Shown piece by piece: positions 28,706 through 39,402 of a DNA stretch of 64,000 bases (its first letter is position 1; the number at the start of each line of letters is the position of its first letter). A program made the position numbers and the translations under genes. Source of the stretch: an uncultured Candidatus Binatia bacterium. Lineage in GTDB: Bacteria; Desulfobacterota; Binatia; UBA9968; CAXXLF01. Location of the stretch: contig OZ244621.1 of assembly GCA_965218425.1 (NCBI GenBank), positions 672,001-736,000 of the forward strand, read 5' to 3'. The notes under the pieces are model-generated. The model was not told the origin of the DNA. It did not search any database and saw only the letters and a program-made list of their open reading frames with translations.

Positions 28706-29896
28706 CTAGGAATTATCCAGATGGAAGAATTCCACGGCGTTACCCACCGTCATTTTGTACTGCTCGTCCTCGGGGACACCCACAAAGCTTTCCTCCAACA
28801 CGCGATTAGAGTTAGGCCAATCCGACTCGAGATGTGGAAAGTCGTTGGCCCACATGACCCGGTCCACTCCCATTTCTTGACGCGCAATGCGGACACCCGC
28901 CGGATTGCGATTGAATCCCCAATAGGCATGTTCCCTTGCGTACTCGCTTGGGAACTTGGCCAGTTGAGGCAGACCATAAACCCGCTCGACCCAGAAGCGC
29001 TGGCGGCCGTACTCGTTGTCCAGCTGATCCAACCAATTGGGAATCCAACCGATCTGGACCTCGGCGACATAGACGCTTAACTTCGGAAACCGGTCAAATA
29101 CTCCAGCCCAGATAAGCTGTGTGATTTGAATGGCCCCGCGAAAGCCGTACTTGTTGAACCGGTCCACCATATCCGGAACTGCAGCCTCGGGGTCCGGTTT
29201 CCGTACATAATTGAACGACGGTACAGGCGGAGGAGGCGCACCACGTTGCGGGAATCCAAACGCAACATGAATTGTCAGAGGCATCTGCATTTCAACCGTA
29301 GCCGTCCAAAACTGGTCGTCTTCCGGCGTGGGGAACCGCTTTCCTGAAGGGAAGGAGTTTAGGGCGATGGCCTTCAAGCCCAGTTTCTTGCAATGCTCCA
29401 GCTCAGCTATAGCGTCGCTCAAATTTGTCATGGGAATAACGCCCAACCCAATAAGACGATCCGGATTGCACGAGCAGTATTCCTCGGCCAACCAGTCATT
29501 GTAAGCGCGAATTACCGCTTTAAACGCATCGTCGTTCCTGATGCCGCGCCAAAAGGCGGGGCCCACATTGCCGGGAAACAACACCTCTGCGTCAACACCA
29601 TCCATGTCCTGCTCTTTCAGGCGTTGTTCGGGTGAGCCTGTTCCAGGCGAGTTTTCATAGTTCTCTCCTGGAAGGGGATCAAAGGGTCTTCGCTCCTCGT
29701 AGGGCCGGCCACAGGCGATGTTGGAAATTAGCCGCTCCAGAGGCTTGCCCTCCTGCAAGACCGCAAGTGTGCCGTCCTGGAGGGTAATCACCTGGGGGGC
29801 ATGATCCCGGTACTTCGCAGGGATTCGGTTCGTGTACCGATCGGGCCTGATCTCCAGGTGCGAATCCGCCGATATGCAATGATACTTCATTGTCAT
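28706..29896 (-). CDS. Amidohydrolase family 2 protein
   Basis: SADSH, QDMDGVD, AYNDW, WANDFPH. Confidence 0.88.
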   Translation of the reverse strand: MTMKYHCISADSHLEIRPDRYTNRIPAKYRDHAPQVITLQDGTLAVLQEGKPLERLISNIACGRPYEERRPFDPLPGENYENSPGTGSPEQRLKEQDMDGVDAEVLFPGNVGPAFWRGIRNDDAFKAVIRAYNDWLAEEYCSCNPDRLIGLGVIPMTNLSDAIAELEHCKKLGLKAIALNSFPSGKRFPTPEDDQFWTATVEMQMPLTIHVAFGFPQRGAPPPPVPSFNYVRKPDPEAAVPDMVDRFNKYGFRGAIQITQLIWAGVFDRFPKLSVYVAEVQIGWIPNWLDQLDNEYGRQRFWVERVYGLPQLAKFPSEYAREHAYWGFNRNPAGVRIARQEMGVDRVMWANDFPHLESDWPNSNRVLEESFVGVPEDEQYKMTVGNAVEFFHLDNS

Positions 29897-29907
29897 TCCT
29901 TTCCGTT

Positions 29908-30624
29908 CTATGGCCAGCGATTACGTAAATCCGGACGAACTTTCCAATAGTCTTCAAATGCCTTTGGACCGGCACGTTCGTAAACCCGGTGGTGGACCTG
30001 CTTCTCCGCATGGTGCATTACAACTCGCTCCGAGTATTGGGTGTGCAGCATTTCCCCTTCCGCCGCCAAACGATCGGCACCGGTAAGATCCTCCAAGTAC
30101 TGCTCCAGTTCCACGGAGTTCATGATATTACAACGGTAAACCAAACGTCCGTCCTTGTGGATCACGAACACGGCATTGGGCCAGATGCAGTAGTTCCGGT
30201 GGACCGTCCCTGCCAGGTCGTCCACCAGGATGGGTACCCGCACGTCTTCCAGCCGTTGGAGCTCCCGGGCATGGGAGGCCTTTTGCTCCCAAGAGGTATG
30301 GTGGGGGTAGTTTTCACCGGGGTGAGATTCCCGTGTATAGAGAAGGAAAAAAAAGACCCCCCGCTTCTCGCACTTTTCACTGAGGCGATTGAACGCTGGA
30401 ATTTCGTAGGCGCACATGGGGCTGGTAATCGCACCAGTCATAAAGACCACATGGCCCCGGGTTCGCAACTCGCTTAGCCGGAGGATTTTTCCATCAAGGT
30501 CCTTTACCTCAAATTCTGGGGCCGGAAAACCGACCTTGGAAGGCATTAAGGCCCCCGGATTTTCCGGTGCCGCCGCCCCAAAGACAAAGTCCGGTGTATT
30601 ATACGCACGTTCTTCTTCGGTCAT
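29908..30624 (-). CDS. Thioredoxin-fold iodothyronine-deiodinase-like protein
   Basis: APEF---LDG, GAITSPMC, YTRESHPGE, VDDL-G-VH--Y--WPN. Confidence 0.7.
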   Translation of the reverse strand: MTEEERAYNTPDFVFGAAAPENPGALMPSKVGFPAPEFEVKDLDGKILRLSELRTRGHVVFMTGAITSPMCAYEIPAFNRLSEKCEKRGVFFFLLYTRESHPGENYPHHTSWEQKASHARELQRLEDVRVPILVDDLAGTVHRNYCIWPNAVFVIHKDGRLVYRCNIMNSVELEQYLEDLTGADRLAAEGEMLHTQYSERVVMHHAEKQVHHRVYERAGPKAFEDYWKVRPDLRNRWP

Positions 30625-30634
30625 TGATCCGCTT

Positions 30635-31657
30635 CTATCCTTTCCCTTCCTCTCGGTAAACTCCCATGGCCTCCAGCATCGGTCGGTCGGTTGTGGAAAA
30701 GAGGATGGCGGGCTTGTCACCCGAGCCGTTCACATGCCGATGCCAACTCCAATTGGGAACTACGAAGAAGTCCCCTTCCTCCCACGAGACCTTTTCTCCC
30801 TCCACCTCCGTAACGCCGTTTCCCTGAAAGGCGTGGTACAGGTGATTGGCGGTGTGACGGTGCTCCACTGTTCCATCACCCTCCTCCAGCATCTGGATCC
30901 AGCAGGAAAAGGTGGGGAAGGTGGGCCCACCATTGGGGTTACGGTATTCTAAAACACGCCCATCGTACGGGCTCTTATCACCCGGGAGCATTTCACGGAG
31001 AGCCGGCAAGGTCTCTCCCCACTTGTACACCAGTTTTTTCACGCTTTTGCCTGGAGGGGCAAGTGTGGTTGGGTTACGCACCACGTTGTCCACCGGGCTG
31101 TTAAAGAGCCTCACGTCTTCAGCAGGATGGGGCTCTTGAAACATGGTCCGCAACATTCCCATCAGACCGACGTCGAGACAGTCAATCCATACTGCGTCCC
31201 GCTCCGTTTCATTGACGTGGTTATGCCATCCCCAATTGGGTTGGATCAGCATGTCGCCACGTTCCATTACACATTTCTCACCGTTGGTAATCGTGTAAAC
31301 GTCCTTGCCGCCTTCCAGGACAAAGCGAATGGCTGCAGCCGTGTGCCGATGGGAATAGACCGCTTCCCCCGCCTTCACCAATTGCACGGCCATCCCCAGC
31401 GTATGGCTGGCACCGTAGGTCATATTGGGGTGGACGAGTTGGAGAACCCGGCGGGCCCCCATGTAATTGGTGGGGATCAGCCTTGCTGCCGCGTCCAATC
31501 CCTCCCTGATCTTGGACCATTTCCAGAGTTTTGGCGGACCGAAGGGTTTTGGCGCACGAATGATGTCCTCTCCCGAAGCCCAAAGGCCTCTCATGGATTC
31601 CTTTTCTAGTTCCTCATTGAAATCATTCAGCTCCGTGATTTCTTGCCATGTTGTCAT
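30635..31657 (-). CDS. Gentisate 1,2-dioxygenase-like bicupin
   Basis: WKW, RRVL-LVHP, HRHT--AIRF, WHNH, YRNP-GG, HRH, WHRH. Confidence 0.85.
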   Translation of the reverse strand: MTTWQEITELNDFNEELEKESMRGLWASGEDIIRAPKPFGPPKLWKWSKIREGLDAAARLIPTNYMGARRVLQLVHPNMTYGASHTLGMAVQLVKAGEAVYSHRHTAAAIRFVLEGGKDVYTITNGEKCVMERGDMLIQPNWGWHNHVNETERDAVWIDCLDVGLMGMLRTMFQEPHPAEDVRLFNSPVDNVVRNPTTLAPPGKSVKKLVYKWGETLPALREMLPGDKSPYDGRVLEYRNPNGGPTFPTFSCWIQMLEEGDGTVEHRHTANHLYHAFQGNGVTEVEGEKVSWEEGDFFVVPNWSWHRHVNGSGDKPAILFSTTDRPMLEAMGVYREEGKG

Positions 31658-31826
31658 GGTAGCCCCTTTGCAAAATTACTTGCGCCTGGTTAAAGCAACC
31701 CAACTATTCAAATTGATGTAATTTTTATATCGCCAGGAAAAGGCCATTGTCAACCTGCAGTCCCAAACAACGAGACAACTAGGTCACAGGAATGAAACTG
31801 TCTTTTCTTATTCAGACTCGGGCGCA

Positions 31827-33137
31827 TTGACGAATCTTGGCCGTCCGGCTACACTCCATTTCTTTTTGGATGAAAGTACAGGATTGGAAGAGCTCGGCGA
31901 AACAAATCAAGAAGATAAAGTCGTTACCGTCCACCCCTGGTCGTCTCTCCTCATACGTGACTTCGTTTTGATTTGGACCTCAGGACTGTTTGCGGCCACC
32001 GCATCCCAGATGCGGCAAGTCGCCATTCTTTATCAGGTGTATCAACTTTCCGGGTCTTCCATAAAGCTGGGCCTAACAGGTTTTTTTCAGTCTCTCCCCT
32101 TTATCATCTTCGGACTTGTGGGCGGAATCCTGGCCGATGTCGTTGATAGAAAAAAGCTCATTATGTCCGCTCAGCTCCTTAACCTGCTGCCTGCCTTCGC
32201 CCTAGGAGCCTTGACCATCAGCGGTAGAGTTCAGGTTTGGCATATCTACGTTTTCACCGTGTTGACTTCTCTGGTACAGGTGTTTGGCCAACCTGCCCGT
32301 ATGGCTCTCATCCCGGGCTTGGTGCCTCGAACCCACCTGATGAATGCGGTGACACTCAACACCCTGACCCACCAGGCTAGTCTGCTCTTTGGCCCTGCAC
32401 TGGCGGGGTTATTCATCGATCGCATCGGACTGGAACACACTTATTTCCTCAGCGCCGCCCTATTCGCCCCGGCCATTTTCGCCGTCATGGGCATCAAGGC
32501 TCCCGGTAGACCCGCCGGAGCCCGTCGCAAGATTGGGCTTCAGAACGCAGTTGAGGGAGTACGCTTTATCTGGGTCCAGCGAATTATACTTTCACTACTG
32601 CTCTTGGACTTCGGAACTATTCTGGTGGGATTCTATCAACCCTTGCTCCCCATTTTTGCCATCGACGTGTTTCGGGTAGGTGCCAGCGGCTTGGGGCTTT
32701 TATACTCCGCACCCGCCATAGGCCTATTGTTGGGTTCGGCATCGCTGCTATTGCTGGGGGACATCAAGAGGAAAGGAGCCATTGCAGTGGTCGCTGCGCT
32801 CCTGTTCGCGGGGAACCTGGGACTGTTGGGGTCCGCGCCGTGGTTCTGGTTGGGGCTAATGGCCGTTGGAGCGCTAGGTTTTACCGACGCCATCAGCGTG
32901 ACCATGCGACGCACTGTAGTGCAACTTCTGGCACCCGACAACATGCGGGGCCGGGCATCCAGTCTTATTACCGTCTTTGCTCAGGGGGCAAATGCCATGG
33001 GGGCCCTGATCGCAGGCACCGCTGCGGCCTTTTTAGGAGCACCCAAAGCCTTGATGTTGGGAAGCGTACTTTGCGTCATCGTAATTTTTAGCATCAGCCG
33101 TGCTATTCCCCAGCTATGGCTCTACCGCTCGGAATAA
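31827..33137 (+). CDS. MFS transporter (EntS/DHA3-like); start uncertain
   Basis: GGILADVVDRKK and MRGR motifs; multi-TM. Confidence 0.85.
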   Translation: MTNLGRPATLHFFLDESTGLEELGETNQEDKVVTVHPWSSLLIRDFVLIWTSGLFAATASQMRQVAILYQVYQLSGSSIKLGLTGFFQSLPFIIFGLVGGILADVVDRKKLIMSAQLLNLLPAFALGALTISGRVQVWHIYVFTVLTSLVQVFGQPARMALIPGLVPRTHLMNAVTLNTLTHQASLLFGPALAGLFIDRIGLEHTYFLSAALFAPAIFAVMGIKAPGRPAGARRKIGLQNAVEGVRFIWVQRIILSLLLLDFGTILVGFYQPLLPIFAIDVFRVGASGLGLLYSAPAIGLLLGSASLLLLGDIKRKGAIAVVAALLFAGNLGLLGSAPWFWLGLMAVGALGFTDAISVTMRRTVVQLLAPDNMRGRASSLITVFAQGANAMGALIAGTAAAFLGAPKALMLGSVLCVIVIFSISRAIPQLWLYRSE

Positions 33138-33417
33138 CCTCCCCCCAAGAAAGTTTGTCTCGCCAAGACGCCAGGGGAACCAGTAGGCAAAAAGCAGCTA
33201 GCAGAAAACCGTGAAACCAGCGCTAAGCGTTCAGTTTAGGGTGTGGAGAGTAGGGTATAGGGTTCGAACTTCAGCTCTTCATACTCCCTACACCCTGCAC
33301 CATTTCTTAATCCCCACCCAGCCCTCCGCACTCGTTGTTTGTCACTGATTGGTCGCCTTGCGCCATGCGCTTTGCTGCTTAGGCTCAGCACTCGCTACTC
33401 AGTACTTAGTCTGCCTT

Positions 33418-34848
33418 CTAGGGCAGACCGAAGTCACCCCAGCGAGCCGCTATCTTTGCCATGTATTCCCTGCTTGACTTATTAATGGGTGGAAGGGTCT
33501 CAAACTTAAATTTGAAACTTGCATTGATGCCAGTGGGATCAGGGATATCGTTATCGATATCCATCATGGCATTTCTTCCGCCCCTTGGCCGTACATCTTG
33601 CTCTGACTGGCGGATCGCCTTGCCCTTGAATATATCCTGGTCGTTACGAACACCGGTCACGACCCGCCACATGACATCGTTCCAGTTGCGCAAATCACAG
33701 TCGTCGTCTACCAGAATCACCCAGCGGTTAGGGGCAATGGCCCAGGCCGTCTCAATGATCCGCTTTGGCTCCTCTGGGTCCTTGACATCGGCAGCAATGA
33801 TGGCACCACCCCAACTCCGTCCGCCCAACTCCGGAAAGTAGGCTTCTTTTACGTTCTCCATGCCCTTTTCGCCCTGCAGGCGTGCCTGGAAGGCGCCCGA
33901 GCGGAACAGCCACCTGGGGTAGTCTTCTTCCAATAGACAAATGATTCCGTAAGTAATCGGGTCCTTTCGGTGCGTAATGCAGCTAACCTTCATGGGAAAG
34001 GCATCGAGGTTTTGTCCATAAAATCCTCCCGCCTCCCCATGGGGACCCTCCACCATACGAGCATTTACCGCAATCTCTCCCTCAATCACATATTCCGCTT
34101 GGGCTGGCACTAGTAGATCGTTGGTTTCGCATTTCACCAACTCCGTTGGGCTTCTCCTCCACGCTCCCGCCGCTTCGTACTCCATGTTCCCTTGAGCATC
34201 CACATACACCGGACTCCCGGAAGCAAGAGTGAGCAGCGGATCCATTCCCATAACCACGGCAATAGGGGTAGGCTGTCCCTTTTTTTCGTTCCGGATAATA
34301 TCTCTATGAAGTTGACCAGAAACTGTCATGGTATTTTTATCTACGATCATGCAACGGTAGGTCCCCATATTCAAAATGCCGGTGTCCGGGTCGCGGGTGA
34401 TCACACCTGCAGAGGTGCCGAGATACTGCCCGCCGTCAAGCTCATGCCACCAAGGCGTCGGAATCTCCAGCAGGTCCACGTCGCCTCCCAAGCAGATCTC
34501 TTCTTTGCAGGGACCGGTTTGCACCGTCACGGAAGGAAGCCGATGATTGTGGCCATCTACAATGGCGGCATAGATCTTGTCGGGATCGGGATGGGTGTTG
34601 AAGGCTATGGCAAGCTGCTCCACAGAATAGATGATGTTACTCACCAAGGGTTTACCTTCATAGCCCTTGATATTATCAAAGACCAGTCCGGGACCTTTTC
34701 GCTCCATGGCACGTGTACAGATAGCACCGATCTCGTGCTTCAGTTCCACCGGTGCCTTAATGTGGGTCAGCAATCCAGCTTTATCGAGAAGCTGGAGGTA
34801 CTCCCTGAGATCACGGTAGCCTACTTTCTGTCTTTCCAATGTTGCCAT
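33418..34848 (-). CDS. UbiD-family (prFMN) decarboxylase
   Basis: DLREY, DGGQYLGT, NMGTYR, VPAQAEYVIEG, EGPHGE, VDDD. Confidence 0.88.
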   Translation of the reverse strand: MATLERQKVGYRDLREYLQLLDKAGLLTHIKAPVELKHEIGAICTRAMERKGPGLVFDNIKGYEGKPLVSNIIYSVEQLAIAFNTHPDPDKIYAAIVDGHNHRLPSVTVQTGPCKEEICLGGDVDLLEIPTPWWHELDGGQYLGTSAGVITRDPDTGILNMGTYRCMIVDKNTMTVSGQLHRDIIRNEKKGQPTPIAVVMGMDPLLTLASGSPVYVDAQGNMEYEAAGAWRRSPTELVKCETNDLLVPAQAEYVIEGEIAVNARMVEGPHGEAGGFYGQNLDAFPMKVSCITHRKDPITYGIICLLEEDYPRWLFRSGAFQARLQGEKGMENVKEAYFPELGGRSWGGAIIAADVKDPEEPKRIIETAWAIAPNRWVILVDDDCDLRNWNDVMWRVVTGVRNDQDIFKGKAIRQSEQDVRPRGGRNAMMDIDNDIPDPTGINASFKFKFETLPPINKSSREYMAKIAARWGDFGLP

Positions 34849-34903
34849 TTCCTGCTCCTTTCAGAACCCAACCTTAAACAATCATGAAACCCTCGTTACG
34901 AGG

Positions 34904-35251
34904 TTAATCCGCTGCGGGCGACATCTCAGAAACCACACGACCTAGCAACGGTGAAGTGTCTCTGAGCCTTAAAATCTGTATACGCAACGTATCTTCCGTA
35001 ACCATCCGAGTATGGCAACTGACGCGAGTATTACCCACCTGCACTTCTACCTCCGAATGTTCGATCATATTTTGCGTCCGGTGCTTGTTCTCGATGCTGG
35101 CGGTCGTGGCATAGAACTTGCCGTCGAAATAGATCAGGTTGATCTCTACTGTCCTGGGCAACCCCGTCCGTTTCCCTCTGGTGGTAAGTGTTCCTACAAA
35201 GACAGATGGATCTCCTAGCTCCATGGAAATCGAAGAATGGCCCGGACTCAT
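34904..35251 (-). CDS. Split-barrel deazaflavin(F420)-dependent nitroreductase-like protein
   Basis: LTTRGKRTGLPRT motif. Confidence 0.6.
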   Translation of the reverse strand: MSPGHSSISMELGDPSVFVGTLTTRGKRTGLPRTVEINLIYFDGKFYATTASIENKHRTQNMIEHSEVEVQVGNTRVSCHTRMVTEDTLRIQILRLRDTSPLLGRVVSEMSPAAD

Positions 35252-36993
35252 ATATGCCTTATTCCCACTTGCAATCCGAATCTCCGCGCGACCAAAGCTA
35301 CCCCTGCCGTTAGAACCACGATCACAAGGCTGACGATCCCGGCACCCTCCAGGTCCGCGCCGTCGGAACGGGACATGAGTTCCAGGGCAAGGATGGACAG
35401 GGTTTTCGTGCCACGCTCGGCGAGCAAGATGATGCTAGAGGTCGTACCGGCGGCAATAACGAAATTGAAAACGCCGATGAGAACAAGGGTCGGCATGAGC
35501 AGAGGGACCCAGATCCTGAAATAGGTGGACCACCACCCGGAGCCCAACACCCGGGCGGCTTCTTCCATGTCGGATCCCATTTGTAGATAAACCCCCTTGA
35601 TGAGCTGGGTGCTGGTGAGCTTGCCCTGTAAAATCACAACCAGCACCAGGGCATACATGGTTCCGTAGAGTGGCGTCAGAATGGGCGTTCCCAGGAAGAG
35701 CCACAATAGCCCAAGGCCCGAAAGGATGCCGGGCATGGCGGTGGACATCCATAACAGTGAGTCCAATACGGTTCGTCCGCGCCACTGGGTGCGCACCAAT
35801 ACGTATCCCACAAGGGAAAAGAGAACCGGGCTCACCACCGCCGTGGAGAGGCTGAGCACGAATGTGTTTATCAGCGAGCTGAGGAAAAAATGATCCGTCA
35901 GGACTTCCTGGTAATGGCGCAGGGTAAAGAGGGGCTTGCTGGTAAACCACCCCACTCGGGTCATGAAACTCCCCCCAATGAGCGTCAATACGGGTACAAT
36001 GGTTAAAAGCGCTACGATTGATACGACCATCGCTTGCACAAGCCGCCGCCACGGCCCGAGATGGATGAGTCCAGGTTTGAACCGGCCCGTGACTACTGTA
36101 TAGCGCTTGCGTGAAATCAGCCACCGCTGGGTCGGTACGATAATCGCGATAATCGCAAGAACAATACTCGCCAGAGCCGTGGCCGCACCATAGTTGGGCG
36201 GGTCGAAGAATCGCACGAACTGGAAGATCTTGGTTGAGTATACGTAGAAGTTGATGGGGGTGCCGAGGATCTGCTCAGTTTCAAAGGATTGAAAGACGCG
36301 CACGAGAGAGAGCATGAAGACCAAGATGATTGGAGGGACCATCACGGGAAAGGTGACCCGGATCATAGTCTGAAAATTGCTCGCGCCGGCTGTCCGACTT
36401 GCCTCTTCAAGGGCGCTATCCATGTTCCTGAACGCAGGTGTCAAAAGCATCACAGTGCCTGAAATGGTATTGGCCATTAAATGGGTCCAGATAATCCCGC
36501 CAACGCTGTAGATGTTAAAGGGGCTATCTTCCACGAAGGGGAGAAACCCCACGAGTCTGTTCAAGAGCCCCACGTCCGGATCTAGGAGGAATACCCACCC
36601 CACAGTGGTGGATATACTGGGCAGCATAAATGACAGCCAGAACATGAACTCAAGCCCGCGGCTACTTGGAATATCGGTACGGGCCAAAGTCCAGGCAATG
36701 AGAACGCCAACGGGAAAGCCGATCCCCGTATAGGCAAAATAGACCACAAAAGTGTTACCAAGTGCTCTTAGGATGTCCGGCTGGGAAAAGGCAAAGATCC
36801 AGTTCTCCAGGGACCAGACCGCCGGCTGCCCCGCCGCTGCGACATTGAAGCTGTTCACCAGCACTACGGCAATGGGCGCAAAGATCCAAAATCCGAAGCC
36901 GACAATCATCACGGCCATCACGAAGGTAGCCGTACTGATCCAGGACGGCGACGATGGCCAGGGGGTCGCCTGTGCCGACAATGCTTTAGCCAT
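35248..36993 (-). CDS. ABC transporter permease (FbpB-like, two modules)
   Basis: LEEASRTAGAS and MEEAARVLGS EAA loops. Confidence 0.9.
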   Translation of the reverse strand: MAKALSAQATPWPSSPSWISTATFVMAVMIVGFGFWIFAPIAVVLVNSFNVAAAGQPAVWSLENWIFAFSQPDILRALGNTFVVYFAYTGIGFPVGVLIAWTLARTDIPSSRGLEFMFWLSFMLPSISTTVGWVFLLDPDVGLLNRLVGFLPFVEDSPFNIYSVGGIIWTHLMANTISGTVMLLTPAFRNMDSALEEASRTAGASNFQTMIRVTFPVMVPPIILVFMLSLVRVFQSFETEQILGTPINFYVYSTKIFQFVRFFDPPNYGAATALASIVLAIIAIIVPTQRWLISRKRYTVVTGRFKPGLIHLGPWRRLVQAMVVSIVALLTIVPVLTLIGGSFMTRVGWFTSKPLFTLRHYQEVLTDHFFLSSLINTFVLSLSTAVVSPVLFSLVGYVLVRTQWRGRTVLDSLLWMSTAMPGILSGLGLLWLFLGTPILTPLYGTMYALVLVVILQGKLTSTQLIKGVYLQMGSDMEEAARVLGSGWWSTYFRIWVPLLMPTLVLIGVFNFVIAAGTTSSIILLAERGTKTLSILALELMSRSDGADLEGAGIVSLVIVVLTAGVALVARRFGLQVGIRHI

Positions 36994-37031
36994 TGTGAAA
37001 CCTCAACACAATCTGTGCTCCAAAGTTGTTA

Positions 37032-38156
37032 TTACTTGCCAACAGACGCAAGCGCTTTTCGGGTTACGCTCATGGCCTGGGCGAGAAGCTCCTGGTAGTC
37101 TCTCTGGCTGCCCATCATGAGATATTTCCTGCCCTTCTCGCGACGGTTGTCGGGAAAGACTTTATCCAGCGGCAAATCGTCACGCAGGGACTGGTCTCCA
37201 GAACCCTCCTGCATCATATTTTGCCCCGCCCGCGTCAGCCACCAGTTGGCGAAAAATTTCTGCGCGTTCGGGTGGGGAGGACGATCCAGCACATACAGCG
37301 CCCCGCCGCCGGGGCTAATTCGAGACGCTTCTTTGAGGTAGTGCGGGAAAGCGTTCTCCACCGGGTGGCCTTCTCTCTTGAGCCGACGCACTTCGTTGCC
37401 GCATGCAAAGAGGCAAAACGCATATTTGCCCAGGGCCAGCTTTTCCCCGGCCTGACGCGCGCTTCTTGTCACTGTAACATCCATTTCCGTCAGCAGTCGG
37501 CGCAACCACTCCCCGCCCAGAGACAAGTAAAAAAAGGCCGTAGAGCCGGACACCCCCACGGTGCGTGGATCCCGCATGATGATCTTGCCCTTCCACTTAG
37601 GTTTCAGCAGATCGAAGTAGGACTGGATCTCCTTTGGGTCGACTTTCTTGGTATTGTAGGTCAGGTCGGCCTTGGACGCATTACCCCGAAATCCCAGGAC
37701 GGACTCTTTCCGTGAGTCGAACCAGTGAAGCTGGTTTTTGAACCATCCCTTCGTATCGATGACCTCAGGGAAGAACAGCATGGGTTTCAAAGGCTGGATG
37801 GTACCCGTGGGTATCAGCGTAGGAATCGCAGGGTTCAATCCTCCCATCCACACGTCGAGGGTGTATCTTCCCGCCCTGCGCTCGGCGAGCACTTTTGGCG
37901 CCTGTTCCCGGGAGGACCCAGTGGAGAAAGTGACCTTGATATTGTACTTCTTCTCAAACTCCGGCATTAACTTGCCGATTCCCCTGCCGAGACCGCAACA
38001 GATAAATGCCTGCAGCTCACCTTCTTTTTGAGCCGCCTTGAGGAGTTTGTTCTGCTCCTCTTGGAATCCGCCCTGAACGGATACCGGCGAGGCGGCGATG
38101 CCTAATAGGCATACAATCGCCAGTGGTTTAAGGCTTAGAGTTATTTTGCCAATCAT
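37032..38156 (-). CDS. ABC transporter substrate-binding protein (paralogue 1)
   Basis: Signal peptide, AQKEG, YNT, LLKPKWKGKI, PHPNA. Confidence 0.85.
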   Translation of the reverse strand: MIGKITLSLKPLAIVCLLGIAASPVSVQGGFQEEQNKLLKAAQKEGELQAFICCGLGRGIGKLMPEFEKKYNIKVTFSTGSSREQAPKVLAERRAGRYTLDVWMGGLNPAIPTLIPTGTIQPLKPMLFFPEVIDTKGWFKNQLHWFDSRKESVLGFRGNASKADLTYNTKKVDPKEIQSYFDLLKPKWKGKIIMRDPRTVGVSGSTAFFYLSLGGEWLRRLLTEMDVTVTRSARQAGEKLALGKYAFCLFACGNEVRRLKREGHPVENAFPHYLKEASRISPGGGALYVLDRPPHPNAQKFFANWWLTRAGQNMMQEGSGDQSLRDDLPLDKVFPDNRREKGRKYLMMGSQRDYQELLAQAMSVTRKALASVGK

Positions 38157-38241
38157 AGAGCACCTCCTACGACATCAATAAGCTATATTTAGGCTTACGC
38201 TATAACACTGAAAATTAACGAGGCAAAATAGTCGCCGGATT

Positions 38242-39366
38242 TCATTTACCGGCAGATTCCAATGCTTTACGAGCTACCTTCATGGCGTCATTTAGTATCT
38301 CGGCATAATTGTCTTGGCTGCCCAATACAATGTAGTCCTTACCCTTCTCGCGACGATTCTCCGGGTAGACGGCGTCAATGGGAATATCCTCACGAAGGGA
38401 ATGGTCGCCGGAAGCCCGCTGCATCATGATCTGCCCTTGCTTGCCCATCCACCAGTTCACAAAGAACTTCATGGCATTTGGGTTCGGCGCCTGGTCCAGC
38501 ACGTAGAGAGCTCCCCCCCCGGGGCTGACTCGAGAAGCTTCCTTCAGATAGTGCGGAAAGGCGTTTTCCACCGGATGGCCTTCCCTCTTCAACCTGCGCA
38601 CCTCTCCACCGCAGGCAAACATGCAGAATGCGTATTTACCGAGTGCCAGTTGTTCGGCTGCCTGACGGGCGCTCTTGGACAATCTGACATCCATTTCCGT
38701 GAGGAGCCTTCGTATCCACTCGTCACCGAGAGATAGATGGAAGAACGCCGTGGAGCCGGATACGCCCTGCATGCGCGGGTCACGCATAATGATCTTGCCC
38801 TTCCACTTGGGTTTCAACAGATCGAAGTAGGACTGGATCTCCTTGGGGTCCACCAGCTTTTTGTTGTAGGTGATATCTGCCTTTGCTGCGTTGCCCCGAA
38901 ATCCGAGAACGAATTTTCTTTGTGGGTCAAACCAGTGCAGGCGTTTTTGGAACCACACATTGTTGTCCAAAACCTCCGGAGAGAAAAGCAACGGCTTCAG
39001 AGGGACGATGACGCCCTGCGGTATGAACTGGGGCACGGACGGATTCAACCCCCCCATCCACACGTCCAACGTGTACCTTCCGGCTCTGCGCTCTGCGAGC
39101 ACTTTGGGTACTTGCTCACGGGAGGAGCCGGTGGAAAAGGTCACATCGATCTTGTACTTCTTTTCAAACTCGGGCATCAACTTGCCGATACCCCTGCCAA
39201 CGCCGCAACAGATAAAGGCCTGTAGCTGACCTTCCTTTTGAGCCGCCTTGAGGAATTTGCTCTGCTCCTCCTGATAACCACTTCTGGCGGGTAAAGGCAT
39301 GGCAGCAAAAGCAAAAAGAGTCATCACCGTTAGAACCGCGACCTTCAAACTAAGCTTTCGAAACAT
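38242..39366 (-). CDS. ABC transporter substrate-binding protein (paralogue 2)
   Basis: Highly similar to 37032-38156 along its length. Confidence 0.85.
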   Translation of the reverse strand: MFRKLSLKVAVLTVMTLFAFAAMPLPARSGYQEEQSKFLKAAQKEGQLQAFICCGVGRGIGKLMPEFEKKYKIDVTFSTGSSREQVPKVLAERRAGRYTLDVWMGGLNPSVPQFIPQGVIVPLKPLLFSPEVLDNNVWFQKRLHWFDPQRKFVLGFRGNAAKADITYNKKLVDPKEIQSYFDLLKPKWKGKIIMRDPRMQGVSGSTAFFHLSLGDEWIRRLLTEMDVRLSKSARQAAEQLALGKYAFCMFACGGEVRRLKREGHPVENAFPHYLKEASRVSPGGGALYVLDQAPNPNAMKFFVNWWMGKQGQIMMQRASGDHSLREDIPIDAVYPENRREKGKDYIVLGSQDNYAEILNDAMKVARKALESAGK

Positions 39367-39402
39367 AGCAACTCCTCCCAATTATTTGACCGTTGTTACT
39401 TC

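Noticed and set aside
33255..33275. tRNA (GGTTCGAA T-loop-like; also near 40886)
   Set aside because: No cloverleaf or acceptor stem around the motif.
37032..39366. Diversity-generating retroelement template/variable repeat pair
   Set aside because: Similarity spans both whole genes with mostly synonymous differences, and there is no reverse transcriptase. This is an ordinary tandem paralogy.
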